Notes under the pieces: generated by a model
Told to the model about the DNA's origin: nothing
Databases searched by the model: none
What the model saw: only the letters and a program-made list of their open reading frames with translations
Shown here: positions 18,718 through 29,733 of the stretch, in pieces
Layout: every line of letters starts with the position of its first letter
Position numbering within the stretch: the stretch's first letter is position 1
Assembly (NCBI GenBank): GCA_039794845.1
Contig: JAUQVK010000095.1
Span: 1-45,627, forward strand
From: Thermostichus sp. DRC_bins_24
GTDB taxonomy: Bacteria > Cyanobacteriota > Cyanobacteriia > Thermostichales > Thermostichaceae
Direction: 5' to 3'
Length of the DNA: 45,627 nucleotides
Position numbers and translations under genes: made by a program

Positions 18718-20313
18718 TCAAAGACAAGCATTCATTTTTTGCAACACCGCCCGATCCAACAGCAACAGAGCCGAGCGCAACCCACCACCATAGCCCCAGA
18801 AAAAGCCGATGGGCAGATGCCCTTTGGGTGCCTGAAGGTGGGTTTTTAGCTCGCCATACCCCAGCCAGCGACCCTGTACCCACCACCCCACTTTTTCCCC
18901 CATCTGTTCTTCGCGGGGCCGGGATCCGGATGCCGAGGATCCTCCGGTTTGGGCCGTTCCCGCCCCGTAGGCATAGCCTGATAACACCCCGCTACTGCCC
19001 AGTCCCTGCCACAGTTGCTTTTGCACGCTGAAGCCGAAGTGCCCCAGGCTGGATTGCACCCAAAATTGGTCAATTAGCCGCAGCATCGGACAGGGAAAAG
19101 CCTGAATGTCTTCCAGAGCAAAGTAACCTACCTGAGAGCGCCCGCTCAGCTTCAACATCAGGGCCGTTGTCCAGCGATCCGCCTCTGACCATTGCCCTGC
19201 CTGCAGCCGATCCCACAATCCTTGAAAAGCAGGGGCCGCCTCTCCGACCCACTCTTGCCAGGGGGGTTGGGTCTTGGGTGTGGGTTGGGGGGTCTGAACC
19301 TCTGGAAAAATCAGGGATCCCGAATCATCTGGCACCAGTTTTACCGTCGGGGGGGTGGGCGGGGTGACCTGTCGCTCCGGTTCTTCGTCTGAGCAATTTG
19401 CCCGTTCTATTTCGTCTTGGGGTTGGGCCAGAATCTGCTCCAGCTCCGCGAGGTCGCGGGTTTGAATGCCGGTGTTCGGTTGGGCCGACGGGATCCCATC
19501 GGCTTGGGGCAGCAAGTTCAGCCACTCCGCCACCGTTTGGGGACGATCTTCCACCTTGAGGGCCATGCCCTGCAAAATTGCTTGGTTGAGCGCGTCAGGA
19601 ATGTTGGGGTTCAGACTTTTGGGGGGATCCAATTCTCGGCCCGTGGCCCGCACCGGCGCACAAAGGGGCACCGCACCCGTCAGCATGGTGTAAAGGGTGG
19701 CTGCCAGGGCGTAAACATCGATAAATCCGCCGCGGCGTCGCCAGGTGTCGTACTGTTCCAAGGGGGCATAGCCATCGGTGCCAAAGGAGGTGTGCCGCTG
19801 TAGGGTGCCCTGGGAAAAGCCCCGTGCCAAGCCAAAATCGATCAATACCGCCTGGTTCGAGCCGGAGCGCACCATAATGTTGGCGGGTTTGACATCCCGA
19901 TGCAGGATCCCTTGTGCGTGGAGGGTGATCAGGGCGGATCCCACCTCTTGAGTCAGGCGTAGAGCTTCGGGTAAAGGCAGTGGCCCCTGTCGGCGCAACA
20001 GTTGATGGAGAGTTTGGCCACGGATAAACTCCATAACAATGCACCAGCGCTCTCCCTCGCAGATCACCTCCTCGACTTTGACCACATGCGGATGATGGCA
20101 GCGGGCCAACTGCAGGGCTTCGTTCATGAAATTTTGTTGGAAGCGCAGATAGTCGGGATCCCGAGCAATGCTGTCGTTGAGCACCTTGATCACCACCTGG
20201 TCGGCCCGGAAGCTATCCCAAGCACAGTAGGTGATGCCAAAGCCCCCTTCCCCCAAGATCGACTCAATGCGGTAGCGCCCCTCTTGGAGCTTTTCCCCGA
20301 CTGCCCAAGCCAT
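18718..20313 (-). CDS. Ser/Thr protein kinase with C-terminal GUN4 domain
   Basis: GEGGFG, VVIK, HRDVKPAN, DFG, GYAPLE; C-terminal WSEADRWT..FPC..LRLIDQFW..S.GHFGFSVQKQLW..APKGHLP. Confidence 0.92.
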   Translation of the reverse strand: MAWAVGEKLQEGRYRIESILGEGGFGITYCAWDSFRADQVVIKVLNDSIARDPDYLRFQQNFMNEALQLARCHHPHVVKVEEVICEGERWCIVMEFIRGQTLHQLLRRQGPLPLPEALRLTQEVGSALITLHAQGILHRDVKPANIMVRSGSNQAVLIDFGLARGFSQGTLQRHTSFGTDGYAPLEQYDTWRRRGGFIDVYALAATLYTMLTGAVPLCAPVRATGRELDPPKSLNPNIPDALNQAILQGMALKVEDRPQTVAEWLNLLPQADGIPSAQPNTGIQTRDLAELEQILAQPQDEIERANCSDEEPERQVTPPTPPTVKLVPDDSGSLIFPEVQTPQPTPKTQPPWQEWVGEAAPAFQGLWDRLQAGQWSEADRWTTALMLKLSGRSQVGYFALEDIQAFPCPMLRLIDQFWVQSSLGHFGFSVQKQLWQGLGSSGVLSGYAYGAGTAQTGGSSASGSRPREEQMGEKVGWWVQGRWLGYGELKTHLQAPKGHLPIGFFWGYGGGLRSALLLLDRAVLQKMNACL

Positions 20314-20362
20314 GCTCGATCTCCGCGCCTGGGGTTATTGTGTCACAGGTGTCCCAGAAGAC

Positions 20363-21292
20363 TCAGTACACTGACGGCACATAAAACTGTTCGTTGCGGG
20401 GTGGGCGCTGATAGTGTTCCGCTTCCTTGCGAGGTGGCAGCTCCACGGCCTCGGGGATCAGATCTTCGTAGGGAATTTTGCTGAGAATGTGGTGAATGCA
20501 GTTGAGGCGGGCACGGCGTTTGTCATCGGCTTCCACCGTGAACCAGGGGGCTTCCGGAATATTGGTGTGGGCCAGCATCGCGTCTTTGGCCTGGGAATAT
20601 TCCACCCAGCGGTTGCGAGACTCGAGATCCATGGGGCTGAGTTTCCAGCGCTTGAGGGGATCCTTCACCCGTTTTTGGAAGCGCCGCTCCTGTTCCTCAT
20701 CGCTGACGGAAAACCAGTATTTCAGAAGAATAATATCGGAGCGCACCAGCATGCGCTCAAACTCAGGGCAGGAGCGCATGAACTCCTGATACTCCTCCTC
20801 GGTGCAAAAGCCCATCACCTTCTCAACGCCGGCCCGGTTGTACCAGCTGCGGTCGAAAATGACGATCTCCCCGGCGGCGGGCAGATGGGCCACGTAGCGC
20901 TGGAAGTACCATTGGGTTCGTTCCCGATCCGAGGGCACCCCCAAAGCCACCACCCGACAGCCGCGGGGGTTAAGGGGCTGTGTCAAGGTGGTGATCATAC
21001 CTCCCTTACCGGCGGCATCTCGTCCCTCGAAGAGGATTACCACCTTGAGGCCCTTGTGCTTCACCCAATACTGCAGCTTCACCAGCTCCACTTTGAGGGG
21101 AAACAACGCTCGCTCGTAATCCTTTTGGGAGAGTTTGCGGCGCTGAGGAGCAGGCTGGTTGGGGAAAAAAGACCCAGGCTTGGGGATCCCGGCGGTTTTG
21201 AGCCGTTTCTTTTTCTTGCCCTCGGCCGGTGGCTTTGCCTCAGCAGCAGAAGGAAAGTGGCTCGGTTGGGAATTATTCGTCTCAGAGATCAC
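20363..21292 (-). CDS. ppk2: polyphosphate kinase 2
   Basis: FEGRDAAGKGG, WYFQRY, FDRSWYNRAGVE, KRWKLSPMD. Confidence 0.95.
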   Translation of the reverse strand: MISETNNSQPSHFPSAAEAKPPAEGKKKKRLKTAGIPKPGSFFPNQPAPQRRKLSQKDYERALFPLKVELVKLQYWVKHKGLKVVILFEGRDAAGKGGMITTLTQPLNPRGCRVVALGVPSDRERTQWYFQRYVAHLPAAGEIVIFDRSWYNRAGVEKVMGFCTEEEYQEFMRSCPEFERMLVRSDIILLKYWFSVSDEEQERRFQKRVKDPLKRWKLSPMDLESRNRWVEYSQAKDAMLAHTNIPEAPWFTVEADDKRRARLNCIHHILSKIPYEDLIPEAVELPPRKEAEHYQRPPRNEQFYVPSVY

Positions 21293-21401
21293 GGCGGCTA
21301 CTCCACAGGTGGTTGGGGGTTCTGACTCTGTGTAGCCCGATTTCCTTCGGGATCCCGCCCCAACTCAACAAAGTGATACGGAAAGGGATCCCCGCTCAAG
21401 C

Positions 21402-22625
21402 CTAGGAATCCGCAGGCAGTACCCCGGTTCTCACCTCGAAGGTTTGCGCCTGCCCGTCGCGGATCACCCGCAGCGTCAGGGCGTTGCCCACCCCCGTGGC
21501 TTCCACAAGCTGCTGCACCTGCTCAGCATCGCGAATGGCTTGCCCATTGATCTCGGTGATCACATCCCCTTCTTGTAGACCAATTTGCTCAGCCGGGGAT
21601 CCGGGAATGACCTGTCCGATCAACACGCCCTCCTCTACCGTCAGGGTGGTGGGACGGGCTGGATCCTGGTTAAGGCGGGCCACAAGATCGGGGTTGAGGG
21701 TAATCATGCGAATGCCCAAAAAGGCGTGCTCCACCCGGCCATTGTTGATGAGCTGCTCTGCAATCTCCATGGCGCGGTTAATCGGAATGGAAAAGCCAAC
21801 ACCTTGGGCCCGCTGGAAAATGGCCGTATTCACCCCGATCACACGCCCCTCTGCATCCAGCAGTGGGCCGCCGGAGTTGCCGGGGTTGATCGCCGCATCC
21901 GTCTGCAGGAAAGCAACCCGCTTGTTGGCAGCCCCAATTTGGCCCGAGGACCGTCCGACGGCACTGATAATCCCGGCGGTGACGGTGTTGTCAAGGCCCA
22001 AGGGGTTGCCGATGGCGATGGCCCAATCTCCCGGTCGAACTTGGTCGGAGTCACCTAGGGTAACGGTGGGCAGATCTTCTCCCTCAATTTTGATCACCGC
22101 CACATCGGTGACCGGATCGGATCCCTTCACTTCCCCCTCAAAGGTACGACCGTCCAGCAAATGCACCGTTACCCGCTCACTGCCATCCACCACGTGGGCA
22201 TTGGTGATGATCAGGCCACCGGCATCGATGATGAAGCCGGAACCCGTACCTTCCCGCTGAAACTCTTGGGGCAACTGCGGCATCTGATCCCCAAAAAATC
22301 GCCGGAACAAAGGCTGGTTAAACAGCTCGGGATTGACCACCCTCGACACCGTGCGGGTGGCATCGATCCGCACCACGGCCGGCCCCACCTCTTGGGCTAC
22401 CGCCGCAATAAAATTGGAGGGTTGAACCAGGCTGGCAGCTCCTGAGGAAGAGTCGGGTTGGGGCAGACGGGATTGCACCTCTTCCGTTACCCGCTGGGTC
22501 CAAGTGCCGACGGGGCTCTGTTCCAACCATTCTTGCCCCGACCGAGACGATAGCCAGATTCCACCCGCGACCCCTCCACCGAACAACATCATTGCCAGAA
22601 GTGTGTGTCGTAGAATCCGCGCCAT
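21402..22625 (-). CDS. HtrA/Deg-family serine protease with one PDZ domain (HhoA/HhoB-like)
   Basis: GTGSGFII, TNAHVV, TDVAVIK, QTDAAINPGNSGGPL, PDZ; N-terminal TM; GGGAGG before ATG 22625. Confidence 0.93.
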   Translation of the reverse strand: MARILRHTLLAMMLFGGGVAGGIWLSSRSGQEWLEQSPVGTWTQRVTEEVQSRLPQPDSSSGAASLVQPSNFIAAVAQEVGPAVVRIDATRTVSRVVNPELFNQPLFRRFFGDQMPQLPQEFQREGTGSGFIIDAGGLIITNAHVVDGSERVTVHLLDGRTFEGEVKGSDPVTDVAVIKIEGEDLPTVTLGDSDQVRPGDWAIAIGNPLGLDNTVTAGIISAVGRSSGQIGAANKRVAFLQTDAAINPGNSGGPLLDAEGRVIGVNTAIFQRAQGVGFSIPINRAMEIAEQLINNGRVEHAFLGIRMITLNPDLVARLNQDPARPTTLTVEEGVLIGQVIPGSPAEQIGLQEGDVITEINGQAIRDAEQVQQLVEATGVGNALTLRVIRDGQAQTFEVRTGVLPADS

Positions 22626-22802
22626 GATCCCTCCCAACGCTAAGCGATATCGACAAGAGAACAACCGTAATGAATGTCAAGCGTGTGCTGACCCCCTACA
22701 AGCCGCCCGATCCACGCCCGATCTTCCCCTTCAAGTTGCTGAGACCTTGTGTGATCAACCTAGCAAATCTTGTGGGCAAAGGCAGTGCTCGAAAGGCCCA
22801 AA

Positions 22803-23327
22803 ATGATCGGGGATCCGAGCAACCTCCCTTCCCCACAGCCGCAGGGTCGGGATCCCTGGCAGGGCCATCGGGCCTGGATGCAGCTGGCTCTTGAGGAGGC
22901 CACACGGGCAGGAGCCGCCGGGGAAATTCCGGTGGCGGCTTTGGTGGTTGGCCCAGGAGAGCAGTTGCTCGCCCTGAGCGGCAATCGTCGGGAACGGGAT
23001 CGGGATCCCACGGCCCATGCGGAGATTTTGGCCCTACGCCAGGCGGGGCAACGCTTGGGAAATTGGCAACTGCTGGGGTGCCGCCTCTACGTAACCCTTG
23101 AACCCTGCCCGATGTGTGCAGGGGCGATCAGCCAAGCCCGGCTGGCTCTGGTGATCTACGGCGCTGATGACCCCAAAGCAGGCGCTTTGCGCAGTGTTCT
23201 CAATCTGCCCGCCTCAAAAGCCAGCTTTCATCGCCCAGAGGTGATGGGCGGGGTGTGCGAGGCGGAGTGTCGGCAGCTGCTGCAGCGGTGGTTCTTGGGT
23301 TTGCGCGGGATCCCCCCCCATCCCTAG
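22803..23327 (+). CDS. tadA: tRNA adenosine(34) deaminase
   Basis: GEIPVAA, DPTAHAEILALR, LYVTLEPCPMCAGA, DPKAGA; start approximate. Confidence 0.9.
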   Translation: MIGDPSNLPSPQPQGRDPWQGHRAWMQLALEEATRAGAAGEIPVAALVVGPGEQLLALSGNRRERDRDPTAHAEILALRQAGQRLGNWQLLGCRLYVTLEPCPMCAGAISQARLALVIYGADDPKAGALRSVLNLPASKASFHRPEVMGGVCEAECRQLLQRWFLGLRGIPPHP

Positions 23328-23552
23328 GGAATTGTTGGGTTAGGGTCGTGCATTGATGAGATGTTTTTGATACTGTCATAACGGGCTTGGCCGGCTCCTG
23401 TTCAGGATCTTGGCTGAGATCTGGAGGGAAGTTGCCTCTTCAACGGCATCCCCTAGATGTGGAGTCTGTCCTCGCCGGTCAGTTCATTCCCAATTTTCTG
23501 GATCGTTCTTCATGGCTGTGCCTGCCTGTAGGCGGGTGAATCGTAGCTCGTT

Positions 23553-24770
23553 TTGAGGATCCTGTGTGTGCCTGTTGCTTTCTCTTCCTCTCCTTCTTCG
23601 GTTCTGTCCTCTGCTCAATCCGCTTGGCTTAAGGGTATTGCCCTTCTGGTTTGGGCTTGGCTCTGTCTGACCTTCCCCGTGCAGGCGCGCGTGCTGCTGC
23701 GGGTGGGCATTGCTGTTAACAAGCCGCAAGTGACCCTTGGGAGCTCTACGGGAGCCCGTCTGTTGAATGCCCAGGGTCAACCTCTGGCGGAAGTGCAGGC
23801 CATGCAACCGTTGCAGGCCAGTCGTTCGGGAGCCGGGGTGAGCTTGGCCGGCTTGCAGGGGGAACGCCTCTACCTGCAGCCCACCTCTCCAGAGGGGCTG
23901 GTGTTCATCGACCGGAATTGGTATCGCGGCTTGGTGGAATTGATCCCAGGCGAAAGCGGCGTCATCGCCATCAATCAAGTGGGGCTGGATGACTATGTCT
24001 CCAGTGTGGTGGGCAGCGAAATGGGGCACCGTTTCCCCCTCGAGGCCCTCAAAGCCCAGGCGGTGGCCTCCCGTACCTACGCCCTCTACCATCGCGGTCG
24101 CCGTTCCCATCAGCCCTTCGATTTGGGGGATGGCGTCGATTGGCAAGTGTATAAGGGGGTAGCTGCCGAATCCAGCCGCACCCAAGCGGCTGCCCGCGAG
24201 ACCGCCGGACAGGTTTTGACCCACCAAGGGCAGCTGATTAACGCCGTTTTTCACTCCTCCGCCGGCGGACACACGGATGATGCCGGCAATGTTTGGGTGG
24301 AGTCGCGGCCCTATTTGCAGGGGGTGCCGGATTTCGATCAGAACTCGCCGGTATTTAGCTGGACAGCCACCATTCCCGCCCAACAGATTCAGCAGTTGGC
24401 CACAGGGATTGGGGCGATTCGCTCGGTTGAGGTGTTACGCAGTTCCCCCTGGGGACGGGCGATCACCTTGCGCCTGACGGGATCCCAGGGCAGCAAAGAC
24501 ATGAATGCTGGTGAGTTTCGGCGTGCCCTTGGGTTGCGCAGCACGATGATTGCCATCAGCCCGCGTGGAGCGGCGACGACTACCGCCAGCCTGACACCCA
24601 TGACGGGATCCCCACCAGCGTTTTTCGAAATTCAGGGACGCGGCTATGGACATGGGGTGGGCATGAGCCAGTGGGGGGCTTCGGCTTTGGCCAGCCAAAA
24701 CTACTCCTATCGGCAGATCCTCAGCCACTATTACCGCAATACGGGCTTGGCTTTGGTGGAAGGACGTTAG
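23553..24770 (+). CDS. SpoIID/LytB-domain peptidoglycan lytic transglycosylase
   Basis: YVSSVVGSEM..EALKAQAVASRTYA, QVYKG, FHSSAGGHT, GRGYGHGVGMSQWGA..ILSHYY; start uncertain. Confidence 0.9.
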   Translation: MRILCVPVAFSSSPSSVLSSAQSAWLKGIALLVWAWLCLTFPVQARVLLRVGIAVNKPQVTLGSSTGARLLNAQGQPLAEVQAMQPLQASRSGAGVSLAGLQGERLYLQPTSPEGLVFIDRNWYRGLVELIPGESGVIAINQVGLDDYVSSVVGSEMGHRFPLEALKAQAVASRTYALYHRGRRSHQPFDLGDGVDWQVYKGVAAESSRTQAAARETAGQVLTHQGQLINAVFHSSAGGHTDDAGNVWVESRPYLQGVPDFDQNSPVFSWTATIPAQQIQQLATGIGAIRSVEVLRSSPWGRAITLRLTGSQGSKDMNAGEFRRALGLRSTMIAISPRGAATTTASLTPMTGSPPAFFEIQGRGYGHGVGMSQWGASALASQNYSYRQILSHYYRNTGLALVEGR

Positions 24771-25217
24771 GGCGGCGCCGGGGAGGGGGGAGCCGAGAGG
24801 GAAGGAGTTCTACAGAATCTCTACAGAATCGCTTTATTTGGTAGCAAAAGCAGCAGCATCTTTTGAGGTTTTGTGGAGTACAAATTACTTGCTGCGGCTG
24901 GCATCCTTTTCTGAGAACCTGTTGCGATTCTATAGATTTTGTGAACTCGGATGTCGGAATGTCTTTGGATATCCCCTTGTCCACCGGCTGTTCGATGGCC
25001 AGATTGCTTGTGGGAGCTGGTATTTTCAGGCTTTTAATTGAAGCCACGAGGGTTGAGGGATCCCCGGGTATTGGTGATTGGATCCCCGGGGGATCTTGTA
25101 GAGATCTTGAATTCTCCTGTCAGAATCCTCAGAATTGACCCAATAATTGAAACACGTTTACCAGGATCGACCGCCGCTGCTTTTTTGCGCCTAACTCTAA
25201 CCCCAGGTATCTGTACT

Positions 25218-27419
25218 ATGTCCATTGCCACCTTAGCCCCTGCTTTCCCTGAGCGTTGTCCTGTGCTGCCGGACGCCCTCATGCCGTTGTGCGAGATTGC
25301 CCGCAACTATTGGTGGACTTGGAATCCCGATCACCTTACCATCTTCCGGGAAATGGATCCCGCCTTGTGGGAGAAGACCTCACACAATCCCGTGCGCATG
25401 TTGGAGGAAGTCTCTTACCTGCGGTTGGCTGCCTTGGCCACAGATGTGAACTACTTGGCCACCCTACAGCGGGTGGTGCAGTCCTACCGCACCTACATTA
25501 CTGCGGAGGACACCTGGGCCAAGCGCACCATGAAAACCTACAACTGGCAGCGTCCGATTGCCTACTTCTGTGCGGAGTACGGCCTGCACGAGTCCTTGCC
25601 CACCTACTCCGGCGGCCTGGGTATGCTGGCTGCTGACCACCTCAAGTCTGCCTCCGATCTGGGGGTGCCGATGGTAGCGATTGGGTTGCTGTATCGGCAG
25701 GGGTATTTCCAGCAGCGTCTTGACAACAGTGGCTGGCAAGGGGAGCTCTACGAGGATTCCGAGTTCGACTCGCTGCCTCTCACCTTAGTGCGGCGTCATG
25801 ATGGCAGCCCCCTGCTGGTGGAAGTGGCAATGCGGCAGCGGGTTGTTAAGGCGCGCACTTGGCGAGCGGATGTAGGTCGAGTTCCCCTCTTTTTGCTCGA
25901 CACCGACATCGAAGAAAACGACCCGATCGACCGTTGGATTACCGGGCACCTCTACGGCGGCAGCACCGATACCCGCATTGCCCAGGAGTGTATTCTCGGC
26001 ATCGGTGGGGTGCGTCTGTTGCGCCAGTTGGGCCTGGATCCTTTTGTGTATCACATGAATGAGGGGCATGCGGCTTTCCTCACCCTAGAGCTGTTGCGGG
26101 AGGAAGTGGCTCGGGGCACACCCTTTTTGGCGGCAGAGCCGAAGGTTCGTGAAAAGTGCCTCTTCACCACCCATACGCCTGTGCCAGCCGGTCACGATGC
26201 CTTCAGCCCCAACGAAATGGATGCGTTCTTTGCTTCCTTCTGGCCGCAGCTGGGCCTGACACGGGAGCAGTTTTTGGCCTTGGGGGCCCGTCGCACCGGG
26301 GATCCGTGGGAGCGCTTTAACATGACGGTGCTGGCCTTGCGCTATGCACGGGCGGCCAATGGGGTGAGCAAGCTGCACGGGCGTGTTTCCCGGGAAATGT
26401 GGCATGTGCTCTACCCGGAACGGTCGGTAGATGAAGTGCCGATCGGCTCCATTACCAATGGCGTTCACGCTCGCACCTGGATTGCTCCCCTCTTCTGGAA
26501 TCTTTACAACCAATACTTGGGCCCCGATTGGCCGGAGCGCATGTCGGATCCGGAGGTGTGGGCTAGGGTTAGCGATATCCCGGATGAGGAATTGTGGCGT
26601 TGTAAGGAGGCTCTGCGGGAGCGATTGGTTTCTTTTGCGCGTCACCGGATCTTACGATCCCGGCGCAATCGCGGGGAGGCGAATGAGCGCATTCAAGCGG
26701 TAGGCCATCTGCTGGATCCGAAGATCCTGACGATTGGTTTTGCCCGCCGCTTCAGCACCTACAAACGGGGTGACCTGATTCTACGGGATTTGGAGCGGAT
26801 CACTCGTATCTTCACCAATAAGGATTACCCCGTCCAGATCATCTTTGCCGGTAAGGCTCACCCACGGGATGAAGGGGGTAAACGGCTGATTCAACGAGTC
26901 GTGGAGTGGTCCAACCGACCTGAGGTGTCGGATCGCATCGCCTTCATCGAAAACTATGACGCCTACGTTGGCCGCAACATGGTGCAGGGGGTGGATGTGT
27001 GGCTGAACAACCCGCGGCGACCTTTGGAGGCTTCCGGTACCTCGGGCCAGAAGGTGGGCTTCAGCGGTGGTTTAAATTTGTCGGTTTTGGATGGCTGGTG
27101 GCCAGAGGGCTACAACGGCCACAATGGCTGGGCGATTGGCCAAGAAATCGACGGCATTGACCCCGCTGCCCAAGATGATTTGGATGCCAACTCTCTCTAC
27201 GACCTGCTGGAATATGAGGTGATCCCCATGTTCTACGACCGCGACGATCACGGGATCCCGCGCCGTTGGATAGCTCGAATGAAAGAGGCAATTCGCACCC
27301 TCAATCCTGTCTTCAATACCGATCGCATGGTGGCGGAATACGTGTTGAAGATGTATGAGCCGGAACACATGCCTGCAGAGGTTCAGCCCACTTTATCCGG
27401 CTCTGCAGTGGTGGGTTAG
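25218..27419 (+). CDS. glgP: alpha-glucan (glycogen) phosphorylase
   Basis: YSGGLGMLAADHLKSASDLG, HMNEGH, FTTHTPVPAGHD, IGFARRFSTYKR, EASGTSGQK (PLP lysine). Confidence 0.95.
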   Translation: MSIATLAPAFPERCPVLPDALMPLCEIARNYWWTWNPDHLTIFREMDPALWEKTSHNPVRMLEEVSYLRLAALATDVNYLATLQRVVQSYRTYITAEDTWAKRTMKTYNWQRPIAYFCAEYGLHESLPTYSGGLGMLAADHLKSASDLGVPMVAIGLLYRQGYFQQRLDNSGWQGELYEDSEFDSLPLTLVRRHDGSPLLVEVAMRQRVVKARTWRADVGRVPLFLLDTDIEENDPIDRWITGHLYGGSTDTRIAQECILGIGGVRLLRQLGLDPFVYHMNEGHAAFLTLELLREEVARGTPFLAAEPKVREKCLFTTHTPVPAGHDAFSPNEMDAFFASFWPQLGLTREQFLALGARRTGDPWERFNMTVLALRYARAANGVSKLHGRVSREMWHVLYPERSVDEVPIGSITNGVHARTWIAPLFWNLYNQYLGPDWPERMSDPEVWARVSDIPDEELWRCKEALRERLVSFARHRILRSRRNRGEANERIQAVGHLLDPKILTIGFARRFSTYKRGDLILRDLERITRIFTNKDYPVQIIFAGKAHPRDEGGKRLIQRVVEWSNRPEVSDRIAFIENYDAYVGRNMVQGVDVWLNNPRRPLEASGTSGQKVGFSGGLNLSVLDGWWPEGYNGHNGWAIGQEIDGIDPAAQDDLDANSLYDLLEYEVIPMFYDRDDHGIPRRWIARMKEAIRTLNPVFNTDRMVAEYVLKMYEPEHMPAEVQPTLSGSAVVG

Positions 27420-27454
27420 GGACTCCTGCCCAGCCGGAGATAGAGCTCAAATAC

Positions 27455-27488
27455 AAAAAGGCCCACCTGATTTCGGATGGGCTTTTTA
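27455..27488. terminator. bidirectional intrinsic terminator between convergent glgP and ftsH
   Basis: AAAAAG-GCCCA...TGGGC-TTTTT. Confidence 0.7.
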
Positions 27489-27570
27489 TTATTCCTATTC
27501 CTGTTTCTGTGCAGGTTCCAAAACCAGCGGACAGCAGAGGGATCCCCTACCGGGGATCCCTGAAGTAACC

Positions 27571-29487
27571 TTAGGCGTTGGCGTTCACCGCTACAGGAAT
27601 GGTCAAGGGCTCCGGCTCCTCCTGTGGGGGCAACATCACCAGCTCAGAGCTGTCGATGATCGCCTGCAACTCCTCTCCATCGATCGTTTCGACTTCTAGC
27701 AAGCGATGGGCAATGCGATCCAGGAGGGCGCGGTTTTCGGTGAGCAGACGGGTGGCCCGCTCATAGGCTTCATCCACCAAGCGCCGCACCTCTTCGTCGA
27801 TGATGGCCGCAGTTTCTTCGGAAAAATCCCGCTCGGTAGCGATCTCCCGACCCAAGAAGATGTTGCTGGACTGCCGACCCAAAGCAACATTACCCAGACG
27901 ATCGCTCATGCCGAAGCGGGTCACCATGTTGCGGGCAATCCGAGCCACCTGCTGTAGGTCACTGGCTGCACCGGTGGTGATTTCAGACTCACCGTAGATC
28001 ACCTCTTCGGCAACACGGCCGCCCAAGGCGACGGTCATCATGTTCTTCAGATGGGCACGGGTGGTCAGCCCCATGTCGTCATCGCTGGGCATAAACCAGG
28101 TGAGGCCCCCAGCCTGTCCGCGGGGAATGATCGTCACTTTTTGGATCGGGTCGTAGTTGGGCAGGAGGGATCCCACCAGTGCATGGCCAGACTCGTGGTA
28201 GGCCACCAGTTCCCTGCGCCGCTCGCTCATCAGACGATCTTTTTTCTCCGGCCCAGCCAGCACCCGATCCACCGCATCGTTGATCTCATCCATGGAGATC
28301 TCCGTAAGGTTGCGGCGGGCGGCCAGGATCGCCGCTTCGTTGAGAAGGTTGGCCAAATCGGCCCCGGTAAAGCCGGGGGTACGTCGGGCCAATTTCTCCA
28401 GATCCACATCGGCGGAGAGGGTTTTGCCGCGAGCATGCACCTTCAGGATCTCGGAGCGCCCTTGGAAATCGGGACGATCCACCGTTACCTGGCGATCAAA
28501 ACGGCCCGGCCGCAGCAGCGCCGCATCCAAGACATCGGGCCGGTTGGTGGCCGCAATCACGATGATGCCGGAGTTGCCCTCGAAGCCATCCATTTCGGTG
28601 AGCAATTGGTTCAGGGTTTGCTCCCGTTCGTCGTTACCGCCCCCCAGTCCGGCTCCCCGTTGCCGACCGACTGCATCAATTTCATCGATGAAGACAATGC
28701 AGGGGGCATTCTGCTTGGCTTGCTCAAACAGATCCCGCACCCGCGAGGCCCCGACCCCAACAAACATTTCCACAAACTCGGAGCCGGAAATGGAGAAGAA
28801 GGGCACCCCCGCCTCCCCCGCCACCGCACGGGCCAACAGGGTTTTACCCGTACCGGGCGGGCCCACCAGCAGAACCCCCCGCGGGATCTTGGCCCCCAAA
28901 GCCGTGAAACGCTCAGAGTTTTTCAGGAAGTCCACCACCTCAGCCAGCTCCAACTTGGCCTGCTCGATACCGGCCACATCGTTGAAGGTAATCTGGGTCT
29001 TGGGTTCCATTTGCACCCGCGCTTTCGACTTGCCGAAGTTGAGGGCTTGGCTCCCCGGGCCATTCTGGGCACGGCGCAGCAGGAAAAAAAGGCCGAGCAG
29101 CAGCAAGACGGGCAGGAAGAAGGTGCTGAGAATCCGTCCCAATAGGCCATCCTCTTGAACGGGGCGCACCGCCAACTCCACCCCTTGCGCCACCAGGGTG
29201 TTCTCAAATTCGGGAGTGAGGGGAGGCAGATACACCTGCACCTGGGTGGCACGGTTGTTCACCTCTGCCTCAGCAATGGCAATTTGACGCCCATCGGGGG
29301 CGGTTTCCACCAAAACTTTGCTGACCTCGCCCCGTTCGACGCGGCTAATGAGGTCGGAGTAGCTGATCTCTTGACGTTCAGCCGGGCGGGTACCGAAGAA
29401 GGTTGTGGCCAACGAGATCAAGACGATGGCCAGCAACGCGTACAACCCCGCACTCCTCCATTTCTTGTTTTTACCTTTCTGACTCAC
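27571..29487 (-). CDS. ftsH: ATP-dependent zinc metalloprotease FtsH (FtsH3-like N-terminus)
   Basis: [44 protein letters not shown] 29487 preceded by GGAGG. Confidence 0.95.
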   Translation of the reverse strand: MSQKGKNKKWRSAGLYALLAIVLISLATTFFGTRPAERQEISYSDLISRVERGEVSKVLVETAPDGRQIAIAEAEVNNRATQVQVYLPPLTPEFENTLVAQGVELAVRPVQEDGLLGRILSTFFLPVLLLLGLFFLLRRAQNGPGSQALNFGKSKARVQMEPKTQITFNDVAGIEQAKLELAEVVDFLKNSERFTALGAKIPRGVLLVGPPGTGKTLLARAVAGEAGVPFFSISGSEFVEMFVGVGASRVRDLFEQAKQNAPCIVFIDEIDAVGRQRGAGLGGGNDEREQTLNQLLTEMDGFEGNSGIIVIAATNRPDVLDAALLRPGRFDRQVTVDRPDFQGRSEILKVHARGKTLSADVDLEKLARRTPGFTGADLANLLNEAAILAARRNLTEISMDEINDAVDRVLAGPEKKDRLMSERRRELVAYHESGHALVGSLLPNYDPIQKVTIIPRGQAGGLTWFMPSDDDMGLTTRAHLKNMMTVALGGRVAEEVIYGESEITTGAASDLQQVARIARNMVTRFGMSDRLGNVALGRQSSNIFLGREIATERDFSEETAAIIDEEVRRLVDEAYERATRLLTENRALLDRIAHRLLEVETIDGEELQAIIDSSELVMLPPQEEPEPLTIPVAVNANA

Positions 29488-29733
29488 GGAAGCGTTTCCT
29501 CCCAAAGGGTGTTTCTTATCGAACTCACAGATGGCGATCTGGGGTCGAGTGGGTTCTTGCAATGACAGACTATTAATTAATATTAACCCGGCTGAGAGAC
29601 TGGCTGAAAATCCGCAGGATCGCGCACTCCGGCTAATGGGCTTGTGGATAGGATCAAGGGGGAAAGCCTTGCCAGGGTCTAAGGCGAAAGGCTTGCGGCG
29701 TTTCCTTCTCATCACTCATTTTCGGAGATCCCC

